Shown here piece after piece: positions 29,426 to 40,600 of a stretch of 64,000 nucleotides of DNA; positions within the stretch are counted from its first letter, which is position 1; every line of letters begins with the position of its first letter. The notes beneath the pieces were generated by a model that was not told the origin of the DNA, did no database searches, and was given only the letters and a program-made list of their open reading frames with translations. Position numbers and translations under genes: made by a program. The DNA is from an uncultured Fibrobacteria bacterium (GTDB lineage: Bacteria; Fibrobacterota; Fibrobacteria; UBA11236). Location of the stretch: contig OY970309.1 of the NCBI GenBank assembly GCA_963716395.1, forward strand, positions 1,984,001 to 2,048,000, given 5' to 3'.

Positions 29426-30682
29426 CTAAGCGGTTTTTTTCTTGGCGGTCTTTTTCAAAACCGTAAACGGCTCCTGGCCGCGTTCCACGGTTTCGCGGGT
29501 GATGCGGCATTCGGCCACGTCGCCGCGCGAAGGCATGTCGTACATGAAGGGCAGGAGCACGTTCTCCATCACCGCGCGCAGGCCGCGCACGCCGGTCTTG
29601 CGGCGGAGGGCCGAATCCACCACGGCTTCGAGCGCGTCGGGTTGGAATTTAAGCGTGATGCCGTCCATTTCGAACAGCTTGGCATATTGCTTGATGAGGG
29701 CGTTTTTCGGTTCGGTGAGCACGCGCAGCAGCGCCTCGCGCGGCAATTCTTCAAGTACGGCCAGCATGGGCAGGCGACCCACCAGTTCCGGAATCAACCC
29801 GAACTGGATCAAGTCGTCGGGCTCGGTCTGGCGCAAGACGGCTCCAACGTCTCGTTCTTCTTTCGAAAGCAGCGCGGCCGTGAAGCCCATGCCGCTGTCG
29901 CGCGTGCGGCGTTCCACGATTTTGTCGAGGCCCTCGAAGGCGCCGCCGCAGATGAAGAGGATGTTGCGGGTGTTGATCTGCACCAGGTTTTGCTCGGGAT
30001 GCTTGCGGCCCCCTTTGGGCGGCACCGCGGCCAAGGTGCCTTCGAGCAGCTTGAGCAGCCCCTGCTGTACGCCTTCGCCCGACACGTCGCGCGTGATGGA
30101 GGGATTGGCGCTTTTGCGCGAGATTTTGTCGACTTCGTCGATGTACACGATGCCCTTTTCCGTAAGTTCCACATCGTAGTCGGCGGCCTGCAACAGGCGC
30201 ACGATGATGTTCTCGACGTCTTCGCCCACGTAGCCGGCCTCGGTGAGGATGGTGGCGTCGACGATGGTGAAGGGCACCTTGAGAAAGCGCGCGATGGTCT
30301 GCGCCAGCAGGGTTTTGCCCGAGCCCGTGGGACCCAGAAACAGCACGTTCGATTTTTCGATTTCGACGCCGTCGGCGCCTTTTTTCTGCGCGATGCGTTT
30401 GTAATGGTTGTACACGGCCACCGCCAAGGTGGTCTTGGCGTAATCCTGCCCGATCACGAATTCGTCGAGATGGCGTTTGATCTCGGCCGGGTTGGGCAGC
30501 GCCGCCGCGGCTTCGGGGGGCTTGCGGCTGTCGTCGGCCAGAATTTCATTGCACATGCCCACGCATTCGTTGCAGATATGCACGGCCGGGCCCGTGATCA
30601 ATTTCTGCACCTGCTCCGAACTCTTGCCGCAGAAGGAGCAGCGCAGAATGCCGTACGGTCCGGTGGGGCGCGACATGTTCAT
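29426..30682 (-). CDS. clpX: ATP-dependent Clp protease ATPase subunit
   Basis: CSFCGK..CNEC zinc domain, [27 protein letters not shown]. Confidence 0.98.
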   Translation of the reverse strand: MNMSRPTGPYGILRCSFCGKSSEQVQKLITGPAVHICNECVGMCNEILADDSRKPPEAAAALPNPAEIKRHLDEFVIGQDYAKTTLAVAVYNHYKRIAQKKGADGVEIEKSNVLFLGPTGSGKTLLAQTIARFLKVPFTIVDATILTEAGYVGEDVENIIVRLLQAADYDVELTEKGIVYIDEVDKISRKSANPSITRDVSGEGVQQGLLKLLEGTLAAVPPKGGRKHPEQNLVQINTRNILFICGGAFEGLDKIVERRTRDSGMGFTAALLSKEERDVGAVLRQTEPDDLIQFGLIPELVGRLPMLAVLEELPREALLRVLTEPKNALIKQYAKLFEMDGITLKFQPDALEAVVDSALRRKTGVRGLRAVMENVLLPFMYDMPSRGDVAECRITRETVERGQEPFTVLKKTAKKKTA

Positions 30683-30683
30683 C

Positions 30684-31289
30684 TCAGGCCGGCAACGCTT
30701 TCTTCTTGCGGTTGCCGGGATTGAAGATCTCGTCGACGACGCCGTATTCCACGGCTTCCTGCGCGTTCATGTACAGATCGCGATCGGTATCTTTCTCGAT
30801 CTGGGCCTGGGTTTTGCCGGTGCATTCCATCAAAATGCTGTTGAGTTCGCGCTTGGTCTTTACGATCTCCTTGGCGTGGATCTGGATGTCGGCGGACTGG
30901 CCCGTGGCGCCACCGCTGGGCTGGTGCAGCATGACCTTGCCGTGGGGCAGGATGAAGCGCTTGCCCTTGGTGCCGGCCGCCAACAGCAAGGCGCCCATGC
31001 TGAAGGCCGAGCCCACGCAAATGGTCTGCACGTCGGGCTTCACATATTTGATCACGTCGAAGATGGCCAGACCCGCCGTGACCAAACCGCCGGGGGAGTT
31101 GATGTAAATCAGAATGTCCTTGTCCGGATCCTCGTATTCGAGAAACAGCATCTGGGCGACGACGGTGTTGGCGACCACGTCGTTGATCTCATAACCCAGA
31201 AACACGATGCGCTCTTTGAGCAGGCGCGAGTAGATATCGTAAACCCGTTCGGATCGTCCGGTGGTTTCGATAACGGTGGGGATATACAT
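30684..31289 (-). CDS. clpP: Clp protease proteolytic subunit
   Basis: [27 protein letters not shown]; GAGGTG RBS. Confidence 0.97.
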   Translation of the reverse strand: MYIPTVIETTGRSERVYDIYSRLLKERIVFLGYEINDVVANTVVAQMLFLEYEDPDKDILIYINSPGGLVTAGLAIFDVIKYVKPDVQTICVGSAFSMGALLLAAGTKGKRFILPHGKVMLHQPSGGATGQSADIQIHAKEIVKTKRELNSILMECTGKTQAQIEKDTDRDLYMNAQEAVEYGVVDEIFNPGNRKKKALPA

Positions 31290-31393
31290 GTTCACCTCAG
31301 TCGTTGATCGTTTCAATATAGCCTTTCGGCCGCTCCGAATCCCAGTTGTTGCGATCTGCAACGCGCTCCCGGCCCCGCTGCCACGGCTTTGCG

Positions 31394-32641
31394 TCAGGCC
31401 GCCGGCTTGTAGCCGATGATGAAATCCAAAGTTTTTTCGGCTTTGACTTCTTCGCGCAGATCGACGATTTTGCCGCTCTTGCGCAAACTGGCTTTGAGGG
31501 CGGCGAACTCCGAGCCGTAACGCTCGGCCATGCGGCGGATGCGATCATCCACGTCTTCCTGCGAGGGTTTGATGCCCTCTTTGACCGCGATGGCGTCGAT
31601 GAGGCGCCAGCGGCGGATTTGCATTTCGGCTTCGCGTTCCAACTCGCTGTGCTCGTGATCCGGCCCGGCGCCTTCGGTATGTTCCTGCCCCATTTCCTTG
31701 AGGCGGTTGCGCACATAGTTTTGGATGCGCGCCTGGGGAACTCCCAGGGTGTGACCTTGCAGGAGCCGGCCGATGGCCTCGTCCCAGGCGGCTTCTTTGG
31801 CCTGTTGCAAGGCCGAGGATTCCAGCCGCGCTTTGATGCGGGCGCGCAAGGCCGCGACATCGTCATACCCCAATGTTTTCGCCCAGGTATCGTCGACTTC
31901 GGGCAGGTCGATTTCGAGCACTTGCTCGATGTGCAGTTGATACGCCGAAGGCCGGCCCGCCAGAGCCGGGTTCTGATAATCTTTGGGAAAGGTGAAAGCC
32001 ACGTGCTTTGAATCGCCGGCGGCCACGCCTGCGAGGGAGCGATCCAGTTCCGGTACGCTGCCTTGGCCCAGCTCGACGCGGAACACCGGATGCTGGGGCA
32101 ACGGCTGATCCGCGCCGTCGATTTGTATCGCTTCGTAGCGCGCCACCACCACATCGCCCACGCGGGCGGGGCGTTCCACCGGGGTTTCCTGGGCCGACTG
32201 GCGGCGGAAATCCTGCAAACGCGCCTCGACGGCCGCATCTTCTGTAGGAGCGGGTTCCACCGGAATGTCGAAGCGGTACTCCTGAAGTTCCACGGGAGGA
32301 TCCACCTCCAGCACGGCCTGCACATGGATGGGCTGGCCTTCCTGGTTTTCGAGTTTCTCGACCCGTCCCGGCACGATGGGCTCGACGCCGTGTTCCTTGC
32401 AGGCTTCGCGCACGGCCGCGTCGACCACGGCCTCCAGCGACTCGGCCGAAATGGGTTCACGGAAACGGGAGATCACGACCTGCCGGGGAATATTGCCCGG
32501 GCGAAATCCGTTCAGGCGTAATTCGCGGCTGTATTTCTTCACCTTTTCTTCGAAAACGCGATCCAGCCGGTCGCGCGGAATTTCGATGTCGAGCACGCGC
32601 TCAGTGGCGTTGGGCTGGGTCACGGTGGCTTTCACGGACAT
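31394..32641 (-). CDS. tig: Trigger factor
   Basis: GFRPG motif and FKBP-like TFPKDY..LAG; upstream of clpP-clpX. Confidence 0.93.
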   Translation of the reverse strand: MSVKATVTQPNATERVLDIEIPRDRLDRVFEEKVKKYSRELRLNGFRPGNIPRQVVISRFREPISAESLEAVVDAAVREACKEHGVEPIVPGRVEKLENQEGQPIHVQAVLEVDPPVELQEYRFDIPVEPAPTEDAAVEARLQDFRRQSAQETPVERPARVGDVVVARYEAIQIDGADQPLPQHPVFRVELGQGSVPELDRSLAGVAAGDSKHVAFTFPKDYQNPALAGRPSAYQLHIEQVLEIDLPEVDDTWAKTLGYDDVAALRARIKARLESSALQQAKEAAWDEAIGRLLQGHTLGVPQARIQNYVRNRLKEMGQEHTEGAGPDHEHSELEREAEMQIRRWRLIDAIAVKEGIKPSQEDVDDRIRRMAERYGSEFAALKASLRKSGKIVDLREEVKAEKTLDFIIGYKPAA

Positions 32642-32709
32642 ATCCTTTTCCTCGTTAGTTTTCTCGATAGTGATGGAGCTTGCCGGGTTCGGGTCGCAAA
32701 GGGTTCGCC

Positions 32710-32795
32710 TGCGAAAGGGGGGACTTGAACCCCCAACCGCCTTCCGGCGGGCTAGATCCTAAGTCTAGTGCGTCTGCCAATTCCGCCACTTTCGC
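32710..32795 (-). tRNA. tRNA-Leu(TAG)
   Basis: GCGAAAG acceptor stem, D arm TGGCGGAATTGGCAGACGC, anticodon arm CTAGA-CTTAGGA-TCTAG, long variable arm, GGTTCAAGTCC; CCA not encoded. Confidence 0.95.
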
Positions 32796-32897
32796 GCGCC
32801 GTCGCTTCGGCCGGCCGGGTGGGAGAATATAGAACTCAACTCCGGCGCGAATTCCGGCCGCATCGCCAAGCGCCCACTCCGCCGGGAGTCGATTTTT

Positions 32898-34445
32898 TCA
32901 TCCGGCCGCATTCAAGGTGATCTCGTCGCCGTTCCGCCCGGAAAAGACGCGAAATTCCTCCAGGTTCGAATCTTCGTCCTCAACCAATTGGATTTTGGTT
33001 TTGTGCGACCGCTCCAGGTATTTGTAGGTGCGGCCCCGATCTTCGGTAAGCAAGTCGATCATTTCCGGGTTCAAGGCCATGGTGATTTCGGATTCGCCTT
33101 TTTTGGCGCGGAAGCGGCGCAACCACCGGTCGATCAGGGCCAAGACCGACTCGCGCGAAGGAATGTAGCCCGCGCCTTTGCAGGCGGGGCATTCCAGCGT
33201 CTGCTCCTGCACGGCGTCGGGGCGGATACGCTTGCGCGTGATTTCCATGAGGCCGAATTGCGACAGGGCCGTGAACGAGATCGGCGCCTTGTCCTGGCGG
33301 ATGGCTTTTTTGAATTCCTTGATCACGGATTCCTTGTCTTCGTCGGATTCCATGTCGATGAAGTCGACCACGATGAGACCGCCCAGATCGCGCAGGCGCA
33401 TCTGCTTCGCCACCTCCCAGGCCGCGTCGACGTTGGTTTCGACGATGTTCTTGGCCTGGCTCGATCCCCGCACCTTGCCGCCCGTGTTCACGTCGATGGC
33501 CGAGAGCGCTTCGGTGCGATCGATGAGCAGGTAGCCGCCGCGTTTCAGCGGCACCTTGCGGAAAAATGTTTTTTCGAGCTCGTCCTCGATCCCGAAGTGA
33601 TCGAACAGGGAGATGTCGCCGGTGTAGAGTTTGACCTTGCCGACTTTGTCGGGCGACAACACCTTGAGGTAGTTGACGACGGAACCGCATTCCTCCTTGT
33701 CGTCGATCCACACGGCGTCCACATCTTCGGAGAAATAATCGCGCAGAGTGGTTTCGCTCGAGTCGCTTTCTTTGTGCACCAGAACCGGCGCCTGCAGGGC
33801 CGCCGCGTTGCGCTTGCATTGCTCCCAACGGCCTTCGAGGATTTTCATCTGGGTGGCGAACTCGGCTTCGCTTTCGTTCAGGCCGTTGGTGCGCACGATG
33901 TAACCGCAATCGGGCGACTTGAGACGGCGGATCATGCGCTGTAGCGCGCGACGTTGCTGGGAATCGCGGGCGCGTTTGCTGACGCCGATGAAGTTCGATC
34001 CCGGCATGCACACCAGAAACGGGCCGGCAAAGGAGAGATGGGCCGTCAGGCGCGGGCCCTTGGTGCCGATAGCCTCTTTGGTGACCTGCACCAACACTTC
34101 CTGACCCACCGTGAGCAACTGATCGATGGGCTTGCCCGCATCGTCTTCGCGGGGAGGGGCGGCGCCTTCTTCACCCTCTTCGTCGTCGACGTCTTCGCCG
34201 ATCAAGGGGCTTCCCGCCACGTCTTCGACGTGCAGAAACCCCGACTTGTCCAGCCCCAGGTCCACAAAGGCGGCCTGCAAACCCGGCAGCACCGCGTTGA
34301 CCACTCCCTTGTAGACGTTGCCTACCAGCCGGGCCGAGTCGGGCCTTTCATAGAAAACTTCGCTGAGGCGGCCGTCTTCCAAAATGGCAATGCGCTTTTC
34401 ATAGGGCCGCACATTGATGAGAATTTCCCGCTTTTGGCGGGGCAT
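32898..34445 (-). CDS. rng: Ribonuclease E/G family
   Basis: S1 domain (GNVYKG..AAFVDLG), IDVNTG, LRDLGGLIVVDFIDM, CPACKG zinc link. Confidence 0.92.
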   Translation of the reverse strand: MPRQKREILINVRPYEKRIAILEDGRLSEVFYERPDSARLVGNVYKGVVNAVLPGLQAAFVDLGLDKSGFLHVEDVAGSPLIGEDVDDEEGEEGAAPPREDDAGKPIDQLLTVGQEVLVQVTKEAIGTKGPRLTAHLSFAGPFLVCMPGSNFIGVSKRARDSQQRRALQRMIRRLKSPDCGYIVRTNGLNESEAEFATQMKILEGRWEQCKRNAAALQAPVLVHKESDSSETTLRDYFSEDVDAVWIDDKEECGSVVNYLKVLSPDKVGKVKLYTGDISLFDHFGIEDELEKTFFRKVPLKRGGYLLIDRTEALSAIDVNTGGKVRGSSQAKNIVETNVDAAWEVAKQMRLRDLGGLIVVDFIDMESDEDKESVIKEFKKAIRQDKAPISFTALSQFGLMEITRKRIRPDAVQEQTLECPACKGAGYIPSRESVLALIDRWLRRFRAKKGESEITMALNPEMIDLLTEDRGRTYKYLERSHKTKIQLVEDEDSNLEEFRVFSGRNGDEITLNAAG

Positions 34446-34641
34446 GCCGCGATGGGGGTGTCCCATACAAGCCTTTCCGTTAGAGCAAAAGCCTTTCGCT
34501 TCGGGTTTTCATACCGAATCCGAAAGGAGTGAAGCAAAATCCAGATTGTGAAAATCATCTTGGTTCCACGCGTTCCGCCCGCGCGGAATCAACGTTGGTG
34601 AAACAGCAAGGTAACAAATGCGGCGCGTCCCGAAAAGCCGC

Positions 34642-37600
34642 CTAGAAGCGCATGGTGAATTCGCCGTGGATTTCGATGGAATGCACATACTCTTCGTTGG
34701 GCGTGTTGAAATATTGATCGTATTCGTATTGCAGCCAGAATTTTGCGTCGACGTTGTTGGTGAAGTTGTAATCGGCTTCGGGTTTGATCATGGCGGTAAA
34801 TTGGTTTTGCGATTCCGAGACCGTACCCAGATCTTCGATTTTGGAAAGCGTGTAATTGATGGCGCTGTTCACCGTCATGCGCAGGTTGTTGCGCAGCTTG
34901 ATGTAATAGCGCCAGAATTGAATGCCTTTCTGGGTTTCCAGATTCCAGGACAGGGTGGGGGCCAATCCCGCCGACAAGGTGGTTTTGGGCGAGACCAGGC
35001 TTGAGTCGTGCACGTACAACGACACCAGGGGCTGCTGATCGCCGAGATAGGTCAGCGGCTGGGCGAGGTCCGCGCTGGCGTCTTTGCCGTAGTCGACCTC
35101 GCGGGTATAGGCCCCGGTCAGCGAAACTTCGATGCGCACGTCGCTATTGGTGGTGGCGGTGACGCGCAGCAGCGGATTCAACTGATGCGTGATCTTGTCG
35201 ACATCGGGAGTCGGCGAATACACGCTGAAATCGGTTTCGTGGATGTAATTGTAATTCGTATAGGCCGTCATGGATCGCAGCGAATTCCGGAACACGGGCA
35301 GCTTGCTGGCGAAATCGCCGAAACTGCCCGAGACCGTATACTCGGGCCAGATGACGGTGGTGTCCGAAGGCTGGAATGAGCGGTACAGCGTGTATTGGTT
35401 GGAGTATTTGAGACTGCCGGAGAGATCCAGTTTCAAGGACGGCAGGGTGAATCCCGTTTCCAAATCCACGGTGCGGTTGACCAGATGGTTCATGGTGGTC
35501 TGGCCCAGGGCCGGGTCGGGGGAACTCAGGTAGTCGAAGAAACGCGGATCGGGTTCGCCGCGGAACAGCGTCATGAGGTTGGAGGGATCGTAGAGAAATC
35601 CCAGTTGATAGGCCATCAGGTTGTTCCAGGCGATGCCGTTGTTGCGCAGGTAGGCGTAGGTGAAGGCTTCGTTGTTGTATTTGTTCGAAACCGTGTAGGT
35701 GAGGTCGAGATTGCGCGGGCGGTAGGCGTCGAGTTTGTGGCTGAAGTCGCCGAGCGCCGACGACAACCCCTTCAGGCCGCTGCTGGCTGAGGCCAGGCTA
35801 CCCAGCAACGAGGTGGGGTTGACGCCCAGCGTGAGGCGCACGTCGTGATCGGCATTGGCGGAAAAATGCGAAGGCACCACCACGCCTTGGCCGAACACGT
35901 CGAGCTGGGGATCGACCCAGGTGTGCCGGTAATCCGAATTGAAACTGCCGCCGGCGGTGAGCCACGACAGGGGGTTGAGATTGAGGTCGCTGTGAAAGCT
36001 CTCATTGCGGTTGCGCTCGCGCGCCAGAATTCCGTACTCGCGGCCGTAATGGGTGGTGTCGACCAGAATGGAATCGGTGGGCGAGGTCTTTTCCCAATAG
36101 GTCTGCTTTTGCCCCGCATAGGATTGATCCCAATCGAATATCAGGTTGTGGGCGAACATCCCGTCGCAATGGCTGGGGTTGGGATCGAAAAAGCTTTCGC
36201 GTTCGAAACAGGTGTGATCCTGGTCGAAGGTGCGGTCGATATCGAGCCGGTAGCCGAAATCGAACACCGGCAGCGGCCGCCATTCCAGATCTACCCCGTG
36301 CGCCAAATCCACCGTGTACTGCGCCGGATACGACTGCACCAGATCGTCCACGGTGCGGGGCTTGGTGAGCGAGTAATCGCGTACGAAGGAATAATCGGCC
36401 AGCACCAGGTTCAGCTTCTCCGGCAGCGGGGTGACCGCTAGGTCGGACAAGGCGCTGGGCATGAATTTCCACTTGTCCGTGAACCCCAGGATTTTGAGCG
36501 CAGGGTTTTCTTTCGGTGACAGGTTGTAGCTCAGTTTGAATTTATAGTCGCGCGTCGTGGCTTCGGAGTAATACTGCGAGTTGTCGCTGGCGGAGTAGCG
36601 GTATTCCAGGCTGGGACGTTCGAACAGCGCACGCGTCCAGAAGTCCTTGGAGCTCATGGCTTTTGAGTAGCTGGTCGAGAACTGCTGATTGGAGACCTGG
36701 GTCTGGTACACGCGGGCGTAGCGGTTGTTCACGTCGTTCAGGCTGTCGCCCGGATTGTGGATGGAGGTAACCTGGCCATTGAACAAATCGCGCGAAATGT
36801 CGAGCAGGCCCGTGCCCTGCAAATTGATGTCGGAATATGGGACCACGAAGGGCCGATCCAGCGATCCCTGATACGACAGCGAAATGGGCAGGTTGACGGC
36901 CCAAGCGTCGGGCATGAATTTGTTGGCGAACAGCGAGACGTTGGAGTTGTAATCGATTTTGGTGTCGGCGTTGCCGCGGGTCACCTGCTGCTGCGTCAGC
37001 GTCATGAACTCGCCGTTGGTGTACTGCAAATTTCCCGACACATTGATGAAGTCGGCGAAGTTGAGTTGGATTTGGCTGCGAAGGGCCATGCCCGAGGCCT
37101 GGTTCACGCCGTTGAGATCCAAATCGTCCACCCAGATCTCCCCGTTCTGTTTTTCTGTCGCGCCCGAGTCGACGTAAATGACCAGGCGCATCCAGTTGAC
37201 TTGGGAGAGATTGGGATTGCCCACGACCGACACGGTCAGCGACGAATCGTTGCGCGCCGGGTTCCAGAGATTGTGACTTACCGGTCGGCCGTTGAAGGCG
37301 CGGTACAGGGGGTCGTTTTTAAGTCCGGTCAAATCATCCAGGTTGACCGTGAAGGAGTTCTGCGTCCAGAGCGCGCTTTGATCGGTGCCGGCCTGTTGCA
37401 AGGTGGTATCCATGTGCAGGCGCATTTCGTAGTAATCCACCGAATTGCCGTCGCCCCGATCGCGCCCCAATTGCAATCCGAAGCTCACGTGGTTCTGCCG
37501 CGGGTCATACAGCTTCGCGCTTTTCACCCAGTCCGAGTCGGGATGGATTTGCAGGCTGAGCCGGCTGTACTGGGTCAAATCTTTGGGATCGTTGGACAGC

Positions 37601-40600
37601 AGGCGCGTGGCCGCCACCGCCTCGCCGGCATGCAGGTTCTGGTAATGCAGCACCACGGCGATTTCGGGCAGCGGTTCGCCGGTGCTGGCGTCGACTTCAT
37701 GCGGCGTGTTCGGCGACTGGAAATAATTCGGCTGCTGCTGTTTGTTCACCACGTCGATCCGCAGCAAATTGCTGTCGGGCACGGTGGGGGGGACGTTGAT
37801 ATAGGTCGAGTCGCCCAAATCTCCGCTGCCGAACTGGTTGGAAGAGATTTCGAATCCCGTATTCTGCTGCCCTTCGAGCCAGGTGTTGCCCACGATATTC
37901 ACTTCGGCGAACAGCACTTCGGATTTGGCGACATGCGGCGGCAAATGGCCGAGCCACAGGCGCATGATCTTCACGTTGGCGAGAATGTTCTGTACGGTTT
38001 GGGAATTGGTGGGATCGATGGTGACCCCTCCGCCGTACAGGGGGATATCGTATTTGCGCCAACCGTTCGCCAACTCTTGGCAATAAAAGTTCGCCGTGCA
38101 GGCAGAGTCGAGCGGCATGCGGTAGCGCAGATAAATGTTGGTGGTATCGATCCCGCCGGAATGATCGAGGTCTTCGGTGTCAAAAGCAAAGCCCTGGGTG
38201 CCGGAATTGTTGTTCTCCGTGCCGTCGACGCCGTAGGGTTCTTCGGTGGCGCCGTCGGTGGGTACCGTGTAATCGTCGTGGTTCGGGTCCGAACCGGTTC
38301 TGGGCACGAAATAGCACGAAGGCTTGCATTCCCATTCCCCGCCGATTTCAGTGTAGCCGTTGGGTTTTTCACTACAAGAGCCATCGAGACCGCAATCATT
38401 AGTGCTGGTCGTTGCTCCGGGCAGAAGTTCCGATTCCAACATTCCATCGGGTTTGCCGTCAGGAGTTCCTCCCCCCGGGTTCGAGTTGTTGGGTGCATGG
38501 TTGGCTACAATACTGATGTCTTCCGAAATTTGACCCAAGTCGGCATACACGGTTCCACCTTGGCCCTGCACCACCACTTCCAAGGTGCGCTTGAGGCTTT
38601 GGTCGGTGAAGCCCTGGGTGAATCCGCGCATGACGCCGCCCCAAGAATTGCCCTGCAAGTTGTCGTTGGGCGTGAACTGGAATTTCAGCAAGGTCTGCTC
38701 GCGGCTGTTGGTATAGCTGTTGCCGGTATTGCCGTATATCTGGTAGTACTGTTCTTTGAAACTGCTATGCCAGATTAAATCGCCTTGATGGCGGTAATCC
38801 AAGGTGTCGTCGGGTTTTCCGTTGTCATCGTAAGCGGGTGGGGAGGCTTTGGACCAACTGTAGAGGGTGAGTGGCAGCGAAGATACGTTCTGGCTGAAAT
38901 CGAAATTGTCGATGTAGGCGCTGTTGCGCGTGTTGGGGTCGTAATAGCTTTGCGCCACTTCGAATTCGAAATCGGCTTTGGAGGGCGCGTCGGTGTGTAC
39001 CAGTGGAAACAAATTGGCGAAGTTCGTCATCCATTTGGGTTCGCCGGCCAATCTTGCGTTGAAGCCCAACAGCAATTGGCTGAAAGGTTCATGCCCCACT
39101 TCGGGTTGCTGTTGCGTGGTGGTCTGGCTTTTGAACAGGGCCGTGGCGCCCAGCAGGCTTTGATCGGAAATATTGTCGAGCTTATACTCCAGGCGGGTAC
39201 CCACCAGCACCTTGTCTTGAATCTGAAAGGCCGGGTTGCACTCGTAGCTGACGCTGATGGTGGCGTTGGGATCCAGCGCGCGCGGAGAGATTAAACTGAT
39301 TTGTCCGGTTTCATAGACGACGGAGTAATCCACGTCTTTCTGCAGCACGGTGGATCCGTTGAGCACCAATCTTTCGGTGCCGGGAGAGATGTCGAAGCAT
39401 TGCTGGCCGTTGGCCGAAAACGAATTTTCGCGCACGTTGAAGGTGCTTTGCCGCTGCTGCCCCACGACCTGGAAATTGCTGCTGCTGGAACCGTTTTGCA
39501 CGTCTTGAATGGTTTCGCTGTAGAACTTGACGTCGGGCGTGACCCGGCGCATGGGCTCCAGACAATTGCCGGGATCGCCGCCGGCCACGCCGTCGGTCAG
39601 ACAGGGGAGAATGAGAAAGCCGTTGGTGAAATCGAAGAGCAGGTTGTTGTCGACATCGAGTTTACCGGGTTGATTGAATTTCTCCAAGCCGAGGCGGCGC
39701 ACGTAGGTGATGCTGTCGCCGGGCGCTCCGGTCCGGCCCTCATTGTCGAGCACGCTCAGGTTGAAGGTGTTCACATTCTGCGGGGCCACGCGCGGAATGG
39801 CGTAGACGTTGCGCCACATCAGGCTGTCGAGCATGGGATCGTTTTTGTGGTCTTTGCTGTATATCAGAACCATGTCGCGGGTATCGGCGGTGGCTTCGCC
39901 CGTGGAGGTCTGAATGGGATCCCCCTGCCAGCGCACGGCCAAGGTGATTTCGCTATAGCCGCTGGGCACGGTCAACATGCGCAAATTGTCGTTGTAGATA
40001 AAATCGGTGCCTTCAACGGGCAGAGACACCCAGCGGCCGGTCACGCACAGATTCTTGTCTTTATTGCCTGAGGCGTCATAGGCGCAGGCCGTGGAGGTGT
40101 CGGTAACCTTATTAGTGCTTGATGCTATTTCGGTCGCGCCGAGCAGGCGATAGACATACATCGGCCGGCGATTCTGTCCGCCCTGCACATAGCCGTTGTA
40201 CGAGCCCGTCCAATTTGCGGGATTGCTGTAATCGGTGCGGTCGCTCAACTTGACCCAGAAGTGGCGATAGAAATCGATGGACTTATCGGCAATCGTGGTC
40301 TGGCTGGACTGGTTTCCGGGCCCGAAAGTTTGGACTTGCTGCGAGCCGCCTTCTTGCGAAGCGATGCCCGTGATTTCCAAATTGCCGAGCTTGAAACGCG
40401 CCTTAAGGCCGAACAAGCCCTGGTGGTTTTCGGTATAACCCGTTAGGTTGGTGCCGGTCAGGCTGAGCGACGTGTTGCCTGCTTCGACTTCCTGCACCAC
40501 GTCGTCTTCGAGCTCGTCGCCCTGGCCCTTGTACGAGACCTGCAATTGTTGCTTCAGATTGGTGTTGACCCCCTCTTCGCTGTTGATCTCCACGCTGATG

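Noticed and set aside
31290-31361. N-terminal extension of ClpP in the ORF track
   Set aside because: A good SD precedes ATG 31289, which gives the canonical MYIPTVIE start.
32642-32897. tRNA-Leu as a possible integration site
   Set aside because: No integrase and no duplicated tRNA 3' end; tRNA-Leu next to tig-clpP-clpX is a common core arrangement.
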